NCBI GenBank assembly: GCA_017452545.1
Contig: JAFTME010000003.1
Location: 1-50,775, forward strand
DNA from: Clostridia bacterium
GTDB lineage: Bacteria > Bacillota > Clostridia > Oscillospirales > CAG-272
Reading direction: 5' to 3'
Length of the DNA: 50,775 bases
The notes below the pieces were generated by a model that saw nothing but the letters and a program-made list of their open reading frames with translations, was not told the DNA's origin and made no database searches. This document shows, piece after piece, positions 26,901-36,061 of this stretch. Positions within the stretch are counted from its first letter, which is position 1. Every line of letters begins with the position of its first letter. The position numbers were made by a program, and so were the translations under genes.

Positions 26901-27833
26901 TGCTTCGATTTCCAGAGCCTTGCATCAACCATGGCATTCATGGAGCCCGAGGGCTACTCGCTCAACGCGAGCGACGAGGCGGCTCTGCAGATTGCCTTTG
27001 CCAACGCTTACGCAAGATACACCCAGCCCGAGTCCCCCGTCGTCTGGAAGGAATACGGTCGCCATTGCTGGACCGGCATGCCGGACGGCAACTTCCACCC
27101 CGACTCCCAGCTGCTGCAATCGCAGGCAGATTATTACGCCTACACGCTGGACTACTGTCTGAACGCCTACACCTCGGGAATGTTCTGCTGGTTCTATGCC
27201 GGCGGCTTCCGCATCGGTGAGAATTCGGACTACGGCATTCTCAATCCCGACGGCTCCGATCGTCCCGTTACCGCGCTGTTGCGCGAATACGCGCCCAAGT
27301 TCATCGAGCAGGGTGCGCGCGTTGCGTCGGCAAAGGCAGAGATCACCGTAGAGAGAGACGATTACACGGGCGGTCTGTTCGGTATGTTTGAGGCAGTCAA
27401 GAGCAAGCTTGCCGAGGCACACGAGGCAGGAAAATACGTTGTCTTTGTCAACAAGAAGCAGAGCAGCGCCGATGAATACGCTTATGCCGACGCGCTGCTG
27501 AGCTATGCGGTCGGCGGTACGAAGGCAGAGGGCCAGTATCCGCTGCGCTACGTTGGCGGTCAGATCAAGAACGTAGAGATCGTCAACGAGGGCGGCAACC
27601 CCGTAGCCAAGATCACCGTCTGCAACACCAAGCAGTCGACCTGGCGTGCCGGCAGTGTATCCGTCGTTTCCGTTGACGGCAGTCGCGTTTCTGTCGACGC
27701 TACCATTGACACCGAGCTCTCGTATCTTGAGGAGACGGTGATCTCCGTGCCCGTTACCAGAGGTGCGATGATCCTTCGCTTTGAGATCGACGGCAAGCTG
27801 TTCGGTATGCGGTATTCGGTGATGGTGAAATAA
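23967..27833 (+). CDS. Multidomain lipoprotein, putative clan GH-A glycoside hydrolase (GH20b/GH67N-like N-domain, GATase-like domain, CBM-like domain, GH5/GH42-like barrel)
   Basis: Lipobox MLSC; EILVGMTNR...YAIRVIGNKIVIAG N-domain; GVNYMP, DLARIKDIGMNAV, YDIAWEP, VWKEYG and DYGILNPDG barrel motifs. Confidence 0.75.
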   Translation: MQKKVRKITLFVLLCLIGGILMSMLSCTPKQPDTPDVPDVPTLVLAEQGKCLYRVVRSDLLQTGSPEVQAALDVRNGLKAVLGSEPAIATDWEDKDNHADIKEILVGMTNRAESESVYAALGADEYAIRVIGNKIVIAGSTDELLRHAVTVFLRDYCGYISASVFTAATELRIPETLSIQQVYTVPPQVAVYVTDLKHNYAETLVNELRAASLEPTLYSIEDTDPDDVLDANRTDLVIVVGASALPNTMVNAMQKYLNNSGRLLLLGGPTLETVLYELDGKWYSRNDYALAMIDGVGEDNTTTLLDLTNPSTVAKAGRSTNNTSNAFEATVADYELYETDAQLYHWVENMSSWDMLSFSNLSVPKKGHNAMGFYAMPGDDNTGGISVEIVDSHGARWYANVTFTDSDWAYYLLEPTDFIWWKDGAQPQSDVPSFDDIVRVQLGFANSYRNNSIGDHSYFCSSLMLYSTEESLPAPAGSFVLDAVAPLYELYPVTNAKALGAYENQMFVSARDYVVPSSLFSCAPGRQGAGFDKGTTSRFIPLIRVTDAKGMHAGYAAWMHVYYSKSAVNGKMEGAIVGTFSADSNDFYNANGIAAVVEASRAMTGTSFIIDGGTTEYIYVEPDTDTITAGVNYVADETAEVVATVDLYAGDKLLSTVSSESTAVKPNPKGICSLSGTYDVSGGKPDRAVVTLKQNGRVVDTVEQEISYWAPKPAEERSFIYTEDGYFKKDGDIISFFGVNYMPSYGMAEANGSYFEHYVSDAAYDPTVISYDLARIKDIGMNAVSIFVYYDHVKNCNNILDLINKCEQLGIYVDLSIRPYAYPLREDYSYEQVQAMVQRLRFHENDNIIAYDIAWEPRIGTYQSTSMYIGRQHWDEDWVEWIEDNYGSLSHAESLWGVRIPRNADGVPVITDEMLDNTTSTYRKAVAAYYRFIDEIVAADLQKNMIAMNALAPEQMFSFRMSMSGSALRTAGYMPSTHCFDFQSLASTMAFMEPEGYSLNASDEAALQIAFANAYARYTQPESPVVWKEYGRHCWTGMPDGNFHPDSQLLQSQADYYAYTLDYCLNAYTSGMFCWFYAGGFRIGENSDYGILNPDGSDRPVTALLREYAPKFIEQGARVASAKAEITVERDDYTGGLFGMFEAVKSKLAEAHEAGKYVVFVNKKQSSADEYAYADALLSYAVGGTKAEGQYPLRYVGGQIKNVEIVNEGGNPVAKITVCNTKQSTWRAGSVSVVSVDGSRVSVDATIDTELSYLEETVISVPVTRGAMILRFEIDGKLFGMRYSVMVK

Positions 27834-27881
27834 TTTCGCATTTCCACGCAACAAGATACATCAACAAAAGGAGGATTTACC

Positions 27882-28736
27882 ATGTATCACAAAATCGGAA
27901 TTCCTCGTGTTCTTTTGATCCTTTTGCTCATCACGCTGCTTCTCCCGCTGTATGCTTGTGCGGAAGACGAATACAGCGGAGAGTCCATTCCCGTACTCTC
28001 CACCACCTTTCCCGACATGAAAAGCATGACGGCGGCACCGCTGGAGGATGTGCCGTATCAAACGTGGTGGCAGTGGCCGCTCGATGGATCAATACCGGAC
28101 AGAGTGCATTATCCACCCTGCTACGTTTACGTAGACAACGGAAACCTGTGCGTCACGGGCATTGATATCACTCCCAATACAACGTCGATTACTTTGAGAA
28201 ACGGCGATCTCTTCGTTGGTGTCGATGACGGTGAATTTTCGGGTGTGCTGATTCACGAAAGAGGGCGCAGAAGTATAAAGGAGCCCTACCCCGCCCCGGT
28301 TAACGTCGTCGAGGATAATTGCCAGGGCTTTATACGTTTGGATCCCTTTGCCGCTTATGCCTTTACGGGGTTAGACCACCTGGGAAGTGGCCGCGGTGCC
28401 ATCTTCTATATATCGTATGAGAAAGAAACGGATGAATGGATCTGGCGTCAATTCGCAGAGCTGGGCTCTCAAGCTACCGCGTTCATCTACGACCGCAGTT
28501 CAAAAACCATCTACGTAACAACCAATAGCACGGGCTTGCTTTCCGTGGATGAGGAGGGCAACGTAACGCAGCTGTTTACGGTAGAGGGCTGGGAAACACT
28601 GCGGACCAACTCCATGGTGCTCATGGATGACAATCTGTTCATCGGTACGGCAATGGGAGTCGCACGCTACAACACCAAAACCCAAGTCTTTACGTATTTC
28701 CCGCTGGATTACGATACCTACTGGCAGGAAAATTAA
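27882..28736 (+). CDS. Hypothetical exported protein, C-terminal beta-propeller-like segment
   Basis: AGGAGG RBS; signal peptide; beta-strand-rich repeats (IYVTT..GL, LFIGT..GV). Confidence 0.7.
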   Translation: MYHKIGIPRVLLILLLITLLLPLYACAEDEYSGESIPVLSTTFPDMKSMTAAPLEDVPYQTWWQWPLDGSIPDRVHYPPCYVYVDNGNLCVTGIDITPNTTSITLRNGDLFVGVDDGEFSGVLIHERGRRSIKEPYPAPVNVVEDNCQGFIRLDPFAAYAFTGLDHLGSGRGAIFYISYEKETDEWIWRQFAELGSQATAFIYDRSSKTIYVTTNSTGLLSVDEEGNVTQLFTVEGWETLRTNSMVLMDDNLFIGTAMGVARYNTKTQVFTYFPLDYDTYWQEN

Positions 28737-28777
28737 ACGCTCCGTGCAAAGCATCGGAGCAATAAGTAAAAAACAAG

Positions 28778-28799
28778 GGGGAGCCCGTCGGGGCTCCCC
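28778..28799. terminator. Hairpin between convergent genes
   Basis: GGGGAGCCC-GTCG-GGGCTCCCC with an A run on the left. Confidence 0.7.
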
Positions 28800-28828
28800 T
28801 CGTTATGTAATTTGGTGATGATTGCAAA

Positions 28829-29770
28829 TTAAGCCTTACGTGAAGCGATGAAATCCATTACCGTCTGTGCGGAAGGAATTCCGGTGGAGGCGCCGAGTGC
28901 CTGCACGCAATGTGCGCCGACGGCGTTACCGAATTCAGCCGACTTGACCATATCCCAGCCGTTGGCAAGACCGGTCAGGAAGCCGGAGCAGAAGGAGTCA
29001 CCTGCACCCGTGGTATCAACGGGCTTCTCGATCAGGAATGCGGGAACGAGCGTGGGCTCCTCACCGTTGGGAGAAACGAGAGCGCCGTCCTTGCCTACCT
29101 TGACTACGATGTTGGTGGGGCCCATGGCGTGCAGCTTTTCTGCGATCTTATAGGGATCCTCCTCACCGGTCAGCTTGGCAGCCTCCTCAACGGAGGGAAT
29201 GAAGTAGTCAAGCTCGGGCAGGCATGCCTCGATCTTGGGCAGCCATACGTCGTCAAAATCCCATGCGGTATCAAGCACGGTGATCTTGCCCATCTCTCTT
29301 GCGCGCTTCATCAGCTTGCGGGTAGGCTCGCCGTCAAAGCTGGACAGCAGCAGAGCGCCGCCGACGAATACGATGTCGCAGTCGGAGAGTACCTCGTCGG
29401 AGATATCGTCGATGGTGAAGGCTGCGGAGGAGGCGGGGTTATACAGGAAGCTGCGCTCGCCCGACTCATAAATGCAGACGACGGAAACGGTGGTCTGCAC
29501 GTCGTCACGCTGCACGATGCCGCGCGTATCAACACCGCACTTGGTCATTTCCTTCTTAACAAAGTCACCCATCATGTCCGTGCCAACCAGGCAGGAAATG
29601 GAAACGGGCGTGCCCAGCTTTGCCAGGTCGTTGGCGCAGTTGGTTGCGCAGCCGCCAACCAGCGTAGAAACCGACTCAACGGCACGCAGCGTGCCGGGAG
29701 CGGGAACGGTGGATGCGGGCTTGACGATAATGTCAACGGTTACGGAACCGATACAAAGAATCTTTTTCAT
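28829..29770 (-). CDS. PfkB family carbohydrate kinase
   Basis: GGCATN, VGTDMMG and DTTGAGDSF motifs; ATG 29770 after AAGGAG. Confidence 0.94.
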   Translation of the reverse strand: MKKILCIGSVTVDIIVKPASTVPAPGTLRAVESVSTLVGGCATNCANDLAKLGTPVSISCLVGTDMMGDFVKKEMTKCGVDTRGIVQRDDVQTTVSVVCIYESGERSFLYNPASSAAFTIDDISDEVLSDCDIVFVGGALLLSSFDGEPTRKLMKRAREMGKITVLDTAWDFDDVWLPKIEACLPELDYFIPSVEEAAKLTGEEDPYKIAEKLHAMGPTNIVVKVGKDGALVSPNGEEPTLVPAFLIEKPVDTTGAGDSFCSGFLTGLANGWDMVKSAEFGNAVGAHCVQALGASTGIPSAQTVMDFIASRKA

Positions 29771-29811
29771 TGCAAGTAACTCCTTTTGCAAAATATCTTT
29801 TTACGTCTACC

Positions 29812-29931
29812 ATTATATAACATTCTGCGCGGGAAGTCAAGTTTTTTCTTGCGTTTCTTGAAAAAAACAGTAAAAAGGCGTTTTCCGCGCAAAAAAGCCG
29901 CCTTGACAAGCATCGTCGGCGATGTTATAAT
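29812..29931. promoter_or_regulatory. Divergent sigma-A promoters
   Basis: Minus strand TTGACT(29840)-17-TATAAT(29812); plus strand TTGACA(29903)-17-TATAAT(29931). Confidence 0.8.
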
Positions 29932-29966
29932 GAATATAATCTGATCTCTTATTATAAGGAGGCGCT

Positions 29967-31940
29967 ATGAAACGACTGATTGCTCTTTTTCTTTTGATCG
30001 CCGCACTTGCCGCCACGCTCTGCCCTGCCGCATCCGCAGCAGACGAGAAAGGGCTGACGTTTACCGACGATCTGTATCGCACGCAATCGGCAGTCACGCA
30101 GCCGATCCGCACCTATGAGGCGTGGCTCCGCTTCCCCTCCGGTATCGCCGGCTCTACGCGCGGCGGTGCGATTTTCGGATGCAGCATCAACGATTACGAT
30201 TCGGTGCCTACCGTCGATTTCGAGGTCATGGCGGGCGGCTTGCCCCGTCTGCTCTGGAAAACGGCCGACCGCTCCGTCACGAGAGATCTGACTTTTAACA
30301 AGGTCAATCTGTACACCGGAAAAAAGCTGCACCTTGCCATCACCTTTGACAATTCGACCGGTGAGGCTAAGTGCTACGTGGACGGTGTGCTGCGTCAGAC
30401 GCTCAAGGTCGATCCGATGACCGCGCTGACACCGCACGCGCCCTACGGCATCGGCGGAACGCCCTATTCGGGCAACCCCTTCTATTTCAGGGGCGAGCTG
30501 TTCAGCGTAGCGGCATATTCCGACTGCCGCACCGAGCAGGAGATCAAAAACGATATGCTGATGGCTGACACCGACGACCATGCGCTGGTCTTTTCCTACG
30601 AGCTTGACGATATGACCGCGGGTGAGCCCATGCTCGATTACGGGAATCACCGCTATGATGCGGCGCTGATCGATATGTGGATGACCGAGGAGGAAATGCA
30701 GGCCTACCGTGAGGAGGCAGGCTATGCGGATTACGACTATGCCATTGCCGTGATCGGTGACACGCAGACCATTTCCAACCATTTCCCCGATCAGCTGCAC
30801 TACATCTACGACTGGATCGCAGCACACGCAGAGGAAAAGAAGATCGCCTTTGTGCAGGGACTGGGAGATATCACCGATCTCGACCTGCCCAGAGAGTACG
30901 AGCTGGTCAAGGGCGAGCTTGAAAAGCTGGACGGCGTTGTTCCCTATTCGCTCATCCGCGGAAATCACGACAATATTCCCAACTACACCAAGTACATTTC
31001 TTATGGTGAGTACGGCGGCTCTCCCGACGAGAGCTTCGACGGTACCATGCTCAACACCTATGAGACCATTCGCCTGGGAACGGTCGATTTTCTGATGCTG
31101 CGCCTGGACTACGCCCCCTCGGACGAGGTGCTGACGTGGGCGAACAAGGTCGTCAAGGAGCATCCCGAGCACAACGTCATCATTTCCACGCACGCCTATC
31201 TCAACTGCGACGGCAAGCCCATCGACGTCAAGCTCGGCGACAACAACGGCACGGATCTTTGGAACAAGCTGATCTCAAAGCACCAGAATATCGTGCTCGT
31301 GCTCAGCGGACACGTGACCTGGGATGAGATCCTGATTGCGCAGCAGCAGAGCAAGAAGGGCAACACGGTCACGCAGATCCTGATCGACCCGCAGGGGACG
31401 GACGGCACGCTCAAGGGGCGCATGGCCGACGGTCTGGTCGGCGGCATGGTCGCTATGCTGTATTTCTCCGAGGACGGCACAGAGCTTGCCGTGGAGTGCG
31501 TATCCACCACGCGCGACAAGTATTATATGTCCAGCAACCTGCAGACGGTCACGCTGGATATTGACAGCACCGCACGGGCAAGAGCTGAGGAGTTCTCCCG
31601 CACCGTCGCACGCGCGCTGGAGCGCGAGATCACCGAAGAAAATTACGCCGACAGAAAAACGCTGCTGCAATCGCTGCGCGAGGAATATAACGCCATGAGC
31701 GAAAAGGTGCGTGCTCGCGTGTCTGCCGACACGCTGGAGCAGCTGTCCGCCGCCGAGAAAGCGATCGCTGCGTTGGAGAACCCCGAGGCGTCCGAGCCCG
31801 AGCAGCCGAGCGACACGGACGACGCAAGCACGGCAGGCAGTGGCAACGGATTGCTGATCGGCGGTATCGTCGGCGGCGCTGCCGTTGTGATCATCGCCGT
31901 TGTGGCGGTCCTGTGCCTGAGCAAGAAGCGCAAGGCGTAA
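29967..31940 (+). CDS. Surface-anchored LamG plus calcineurin-like metallophosphoesterase
   Basis: Signal peptide; LamG-like HLAITFD..CYVDG..FRGEL; GDTQ, GLGD, GNHD, STH and SGH motifs; C-terminal TM plus KKRK. Confidence 0.85.
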   Translation: MKRLIALFLLIAALAATLCPAASAADEKGLTFTDDLYRTQSAVTQPIRTYEAWLRFPSGIAGSTRGGAIFGCSINDYDSVPTVDFEVMAGGLPRLLWKTADRSVTRDLTFNKVNLYTGKKLHLAITFDNSTGEAKCYVDGVLRQTLKVDPMTALTPHAPYGIGGTPYSGNPFYFRGELFSVAAYSDCRTEQEIKNDMLMADTDDHALVFSYELDDMTAGEPMLDYGNHRYDAALIDMWMTEEEMQAYREEAGYADYDYAIAVIGDTQTISNHFPDQLHYIYDWIAAHAEEKKIAFVQGLGDITDLDLPREYELVKGELEKLDGVVPYSLIRGNHDNIPNYTKYISYGEYGGSPDESFDGTMLNTYETIRLGTVDFLMLRLDYAPSDEVLTWANKVVKEHPEHNVIISTHAYLNCDGKPIDVKLGDNNGTDLWNKLISKHQNIVLVLSGHVTWDEILIAQQQSKKGNTVTQILIDPQGTDGTLKGRMADGLVGGMVAMLYFSEDGTELAVECVSTTRDKYYMSSNLQTVTLDIDSTARARAEEFSRTVARALEREITEENYADRKTLLQSLREEYNAMSEKVRARVSADTLEQLSAAEKAIAALENPEASEPEQPSDTDDASTAGSGNGLLIGGIVGGAAVVIIAVVAVLCLSKKRKA

Positions 31941-31983
31941 CGGCTATCACACCCGATCCGAACTCATAAAAGGAGGCATCCAT

Positions 31984-32853
31984 ATGACCAAAAAGATTTT
32001 CTTTGGCATCAATATTACCGCCAACCGAAAAAACACCCGTCTTGACGGCGAAGATTTTATCACCGACCGGGTCAGCCAGGCGCAGGAGCGCGCGCTGGAC
32101 ACCCAAACGGATGAGCTGCGGCGCATTCAGAAAAAGACACGGCTTCCGCTCCCGCTGCATCTGTTGTATCTTGTCAGCGGCTTTGTGACGCTCGTCATTT
32201 TCGTGAGCATCCTCAAGGCATCGGACGAGGTATCGATCCGACAGCTGGCGGAAACCATGCCGGGACTGCTGGTAACGCTGGGAATTTCCGCTGCGGTATG
32301 GGGTGCGCTGGCGCTCATGGGGCACTTCCGCAAGCGCAGGATCGAATCCAGCGACACAACGGAGGCGACGCTGCGCGCTGCAGACGTTGCCATCGCGCAG
32401 GCGTATGAGACGCTGGGCGTACCCGCCGGTGCGATCGATATGGACGTACTGGTCGGACGCTACCGCATCAAGGACGGTCAACCTGTGATCAAGTCGGGGC
32501 AAGCAGCGACCTTTGCCAACCCCGAAATGAAGGTGTTCGTCGAGAACGGCGAGCTGTGCTTTGCCGACGTCAGTGCGCGGTACTCCATCCCCTTGGATCA
32601 AATCGTGGCGATCCGCGAGATCCCCAAGCGCATTTCCATGACCTCCTGGAATAAAAACAGTCTTCCGCGCGAGGGCAGATATGCACCGTACCGTATTCAG
32701 ATGAACGAGCACGGACAGGTGTTCACCCGCAGCTACGGCGTGCTGGACATCAACCGCGACGGGCTTGCGATCTACGAGCTGTACTTCCCTATCTATGAGC
32801 TGCCTGTTCTGGAGCAGCTGACAGGCATGGTGGCGCAAAAGCAAGAAAAATAA
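31984..32853 (+). CDS. Hypothetical membrane protein (2 TM)
   Basis: AAGGAGG RBS; two hydrophobic helices; host-like codon usage. Confidence 0.75.
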   Translation: MTKKIFFGINITANRKNTRLDGEDFITDRVSQAQERALDTQTDELRRIQKKTRLPLPLHLLYLVSGFVTLVIFVSILKASDEVSIRQLAETMPGLLVTLGISAAVWGALALMGHFRKRRIESSDTTEATLRAADVAIAQAYETLGVPAGAIDMDVLVGRYRIKDGQPVIKSGQAATFANPEMKVFVENGELCFADVSARYSIPLDQIVAIREIPKRISMTSWNKNSLPREGRYAPYRIQMNEHGQVFTRSYGVLDINRDGLAIYELYFPIYELPVLEQLTGMVAQKQEK

Positions 32854-32858
32854 CGAAG

Positions 32859-32896
32859 TCGGAGCGAAATCCTTGTGATTTCGCTCCGATTTTTTT
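32859..32896 (+). terminator. Rho-independent terminator
   Basis: TCGGAGCGAAATC-CTTGT-GATTTCGCTCCGA followed by a T run. Confidence 0.9.
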
Positions 32897-32907
32897 ATTT
32901 TTTCCTA

Positions 32908-32964
32908 TTGACATCCCGGCAGATGCGTGATATAATGCGAATAGTTGAACAACCATTCAATTAT
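32908..32964 (+). promoter_or_regulatory. Sigma-A promoter plus ArsR/SmtB-type operator
   Basis: TTGACA-17-TATAAT (32908-32936), then the imperfect palindrome ATAGTTGAACAACCATTCAATTAT (32941-32964) with the TGAA-N6-TTCA core of CzrA/SmtB operators. Confidence 0.85.
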
Positions 32965-32975
32965 AAGGAGGCTAT

Positions 32976-33308
32976 ATGGAGCATTCAGAGCATTCCGTCG
33001 GCTGCCCTTGTGCGCACGATCCTGCGACCATCGAGCGAGAGCTGGAGGAGGTCGCGGCGCTGTACCGCGTATTTGGTGACAAAACGCGGGTATCGCTGCT
33101 GCACGCGCTGCTGGAGCGCGAAAAGTGTGTCAACGAGCTGGCAGGTGAGCTGGGCATGACGCTGTCCGCCGTGTCGCATCAGCTGCGCGTGCTCAAGCAG
33201 GCGCACCTTGTTCGCTCGCGCAAGGAGGGCAAGGCGGTATATTACGCACCCGACGACGAGCACGTTCGTACCATTCTGATGCAAGGACTTGATCATGTCA
33301 GGGAGTAA
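32976..33308 (+). CDS. ArsR/SmtB family metal-sensing repressor
   Basis: FGDKTRV, CVNELA, SAVSHQLRVLK and the alpha5 site DDEHV...DHVRE. Confidence 0.94.
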   Translation: MEHSEHSVGCPCAHDPATIERELEEVAALYRVFGDKTRVSLLHALLEREKCVNELAGELGMTLSAVSHQLRVLKQAHLVRSRKEGKAVYYAPDDEHVRTILMQGLDHVRE

Positions 33309-33331
33309 CCCCGTACAACGAACGGCGGTGA

Positions 33332-33646
33332 AGTTGCGCAAGCAAAATCTTCTACGGAATAGATTGCTATGTTCATTTCTTTGTCGCGGGACAAAGAAAT
33401 GAACCAAATGAAACCTGTTTCGCTTACGCGAAACTGCAAGTTTTCCTTGCTCGCACCGCGAGCATCGCGCAAAGCGCGAGCGGAAAACATTGCCCGCTTA
33501 GGGGCTGCCGCCCCTAAGTACCCCGCTTCATCGCGTGCTACCGACGACGCTGCACGTCGTCTAACCCGCACGCGGTCGAAAGAAAGAGTAAATCTTGCTT
33601 TCGCCGCCTCAAAAAGGACGGCGAAAACGGAGAAGTAACCGCAACT
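33332..33646. other. Densely structured non-coding insert (candidate ncRNA or MITE-like repeat)
   Basis: Seven hairpins, a three-way junction and complementary ends AGTTGCG/CGCAACT; no credible ORF. Confidence 0.6.
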
Positions 33647-33689
33647 GCAAATTTCGCTTATATATTATAAATTTTTTTGGAGTTCCGAG

Positions 33690-33741
33690 AACCTTTTTGC
33701 AAAAAGGTTCCCACAGCGGGGGTACGGGGCAGCGCCCCGCG
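33690..33741. repeat. Hairpin plus family-B REP-like motif
   Basis: GAACCTTTTT-GC-AAAAAGGTTC then GCGGGGGTACGGGGCAGCGCCCC; related inverted copies at ~33501-33526 and ~49533-49553. Confidence 0.6.
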
Positions 33742-33772
33742 CATATACAATAATCACAAGGAGAACATTATC

Positions 33773-33994
33773 ATGAAAAAGACATTCGCAATGGAAAATC
33801 TGGACTGCGCCAACTGTGCGGCAAAAATGGAAGCGGCGATCGGCAAGATCGACGGCGTGACTGCCTGCTCGGTCAACTTTTTTGCGCAGAAGCTGATGCT
33901 GGAGGCAGACGACGCGATCTTTGCCGAGGTGCTCAAGAAGGCGATCGCAGCGGTGCACAAGGTAGACGGCGACTGCGATGTTATCGTCAAATAA
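33773..33994 (+). CDS. Stand-alone heavy-metal-associated (HMA) domain protein
   Basis: LDCANCAAKME motif; AAGGAG RBS. Confidence 0.92.
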   Translation: MKKTFAMENLDCANCAAKMEAAIGKIDGVTACSVNFFAQKLMLEADDAIFAEVLKKAIAAVHKVDGDCDVIVK

Positions 33995-34012
33995 GGGTAC
34001 GGAGGCTGCACC

Positions 34013-35905
34013 ATGACACGCAAGCAAAAAAGAGTGCTGCACCGAGCGATCGCAGCGGCTTCGCTGCTGGTTGCTGCGGCGGTTGTTTGCTCGGATGCTT
34101 TGGCGCTCATCCCCGACGGAACGCTTGGTCTGCTGATCCGCCTTGCGCTGTTTCTCATTCCCTACGGCATCATCGGATATGACATTCTCTATCGCGCGGG
34201 GCGCGGCGTTATCCACGGGCAGATGCTGGACGAGAACTTTCTGATGGCGGTTGCTACGGTGGGCGCGCTGTGCCTTGGCGAGTACGCCGAGGCGGTGTTC
34301 GTGATGCTGTTTTATCAGATCGGCGAGCTGTTTCAGTCCATCGCCGTGGGCAAGAGCCGCCGCTCCATCGCGGCGCTCATGGATATTCGCCCCGAGGTGG
34401 CTCACGTTCTGCGCGACGGCGCGATCTGCGACGTCGATCCCGGCGAGGTGGCGGTCGATGAAATTCTCGTCATCCACCCCGGCGAGCGCATTCCGCTGGA
34501 CGGCGAGGTGTGCGAGGGGGAGTCCTATCTCGATACGGCGGCGCTGACGGGTGAGTCGGTTCCCCGTCACGTGCGCGTGGGAGATGCGGTCATCAGCGGC
34601 TGCGTCAATACGCAGGCGGTGCTGCAGGTTCGTGCGACGCGCGCCTACGAGGACTCGACCGTTGCCCGCGTGCTGGAGCTGGTGGAAAACAGCGCGGCAC
34701 GGAAATCACGCAGTGAGGCGTTCATCACCCGCTTTGCTCGCGTTTATACGCCTGCAGTGGTGGCGGGTGCTCTGCTGCTTGCCGTCGTGCCCTCACTGGT
34801 TACCGGGCAGTGGGCAGTTTGGATCGAGCGGGCGCTGACCTTCCTTGTTGTTTCCTGCCCTTGCGCGTTGGTCATTTCTGTGCCGCTCTCCTTTTTCGGC
34901 GGCATCGGCGGTGCATCGCGGCACGGAATTTTATTCAAGGGCTCCGGCTATCTGGAGCTGCTCTCGACGTGTGACACGGTCGTTTTCGACAAAACGGGAA
35001 CACTGACCAAAGGTACGTTCCGCGTCACGGCGCTGTTACCGGATGGCGACACGACAAGTGAAGAGCTGCTTTTGCTGTGCGCACAGGCAGAGCAATTCTC
35101 TGACCATCCCATCGCGCGCTCCATCGTGGCGCACTACGGTGCGGCACCGGATGCGACGCGGATGAGCAATGTTTGCGAGGTCGCGGGCGAGGGTGTGACG
35201 GCGTGCTGCGACGGTACGACGATCGCGGTCGGTAATTTGCGGCTGATGGCGCGCTGCGGCGTGCAGGCTGCGCTGCCCGACGGCGCGGACATTGCCCCCG
35301 GGGCGACCGTTGTTTATGCGGCGCAGGGGACGCGGTATCTTGGTGCGATCGTGATCTCGGACGAGATCAAGGCGGATGCAGCCGAGGCGATTGCGGCACT
35401 CAAGCGCAGCGGGGTGCGGCGCATTGCGCTGCTGACGGGCGACAGAGCTGAGGCGGCGGGTGCCGTCGCGGCGGCGCTCGACATTGACGAGGTGATCTCG
35501 GAGTGCCTGCCGGAGGACAAGGTACAGCACTTGGAGCGGCTGATCGACGAGTGCCACCGTCGCCGCGGTGCGCGGTTGGCGTTTGTCGGTGATGGCATCA
35601 ACGACGCGCCCGTACTGACGCGAGCAGACGTGGGTGTTGCCATGGGTGCGCTCGGAACAGATGCTGCCATTGAGGCTGCCGACGTGGTTCTGATGGATGA
35701 CAAGCCCACGGGGCTGGCGCTTGCCATGCAGCTCTCGCGGCGGACGCGACGCATTGTGATACAGAACGTCGTGTTTGCGCTTGGGGTTAAGCTGGCGGTG
35801 CTGGCGCTGGGCGCGCTGGGCTACGCTTCGCTTTGGGCGGCGGTGTTTGCCGACGTCGGTGTTGCGGTCATTGCGATCTGCAATGCGATGAGGAATTTAA
35901 GATAA
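34013..35905 (+). CDS. cadA: Cd/Zn-translocating P1B-type ATPase
   Basis: TGES, SCPCAL, DKTGT, HP, GDGINDAP and FADVG motifs; ArsR/HMA context. Confidence 0.93.
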   Translation: MTRKQKRVLHRAIAAASLLVAAAVVCSDALALIPDGTLGLLIRLALFLIPYGIIGYDILYRAGRGVIHGQMLDENFLMAVATVGALCLGEYAEAVFVMLFYQIGELFQSIAVGKSRRSIAALMDIRPEVAHVLRDGAICDVDPGEVAVDEILVIHPGERIPLDGEVCEGESYLDTAALTGESVPRHVRVGDAVISGCVNTQAVLQVRATRAYEDSTVARVLELVENSAARKSRSEAFITRFARVYTPAVVAGALLLAVVPSLVTGQWAVWIERALTFLVVSCPCALVISVPLSFFGGIGGASRHGILFKGSGYLELLSTCDTVVFDKTGTLTKGTFRVTALLPDGDTTSEELLLLCAQAEQFSDHPIARSIVAHYGAAPDATRMSNVCEVAGEGVTACCDGTTIAVGNLRLMARCGVQAALPDGADIAPGATVVYAAQGTRYLGAIVISDEIKADAAEAIAALKRSGVRRIALLTGDRAEAAGAVAAALDIDEVISECLPEDKVQHLERLIDECHRRRGARLAFVGDGINDAPVLTRADVGVAMGALGTDAAIEAADVVLMDDKPTGLALAMQLSRRTRRIVIQNVVFALGVKLAVLALGALGYASLWAAVFADVGVAVIAICNAMRNLR

Positions 35906-35920
35906 GAAACGAAAGAAAAG

Positions 35921-35978
35921 ACGGGGGAAGCCTTTTTTAGAAAAAAGGTTTCCCCCGTGCCCCCTTCCAAAAAACTTT
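35921..35978 (+). repeat. Family-A hairpin repeat
   Basis: ACGGGGGAAGCC..GGTTTCCCCCGT-GCCCC..CAAAAAACTT. Confidence 0.85.
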
Positions 35979-36036
35979 GGAGAATTTATAGATTAAAGTC
36001 TAAGCATCCGCTCTCTACAGCAAGGACATCAAACCC

Positions 36037-36061
36037 GTAGGGGAGGGGCTTGCTCCTCCCG
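36037..36061 (+). repeat. GTAG-type REP
   Basis: GTAG followed by the palindrome GGGAGGGGC-TT-GCTCCTCCC. Confidence 0.7.
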
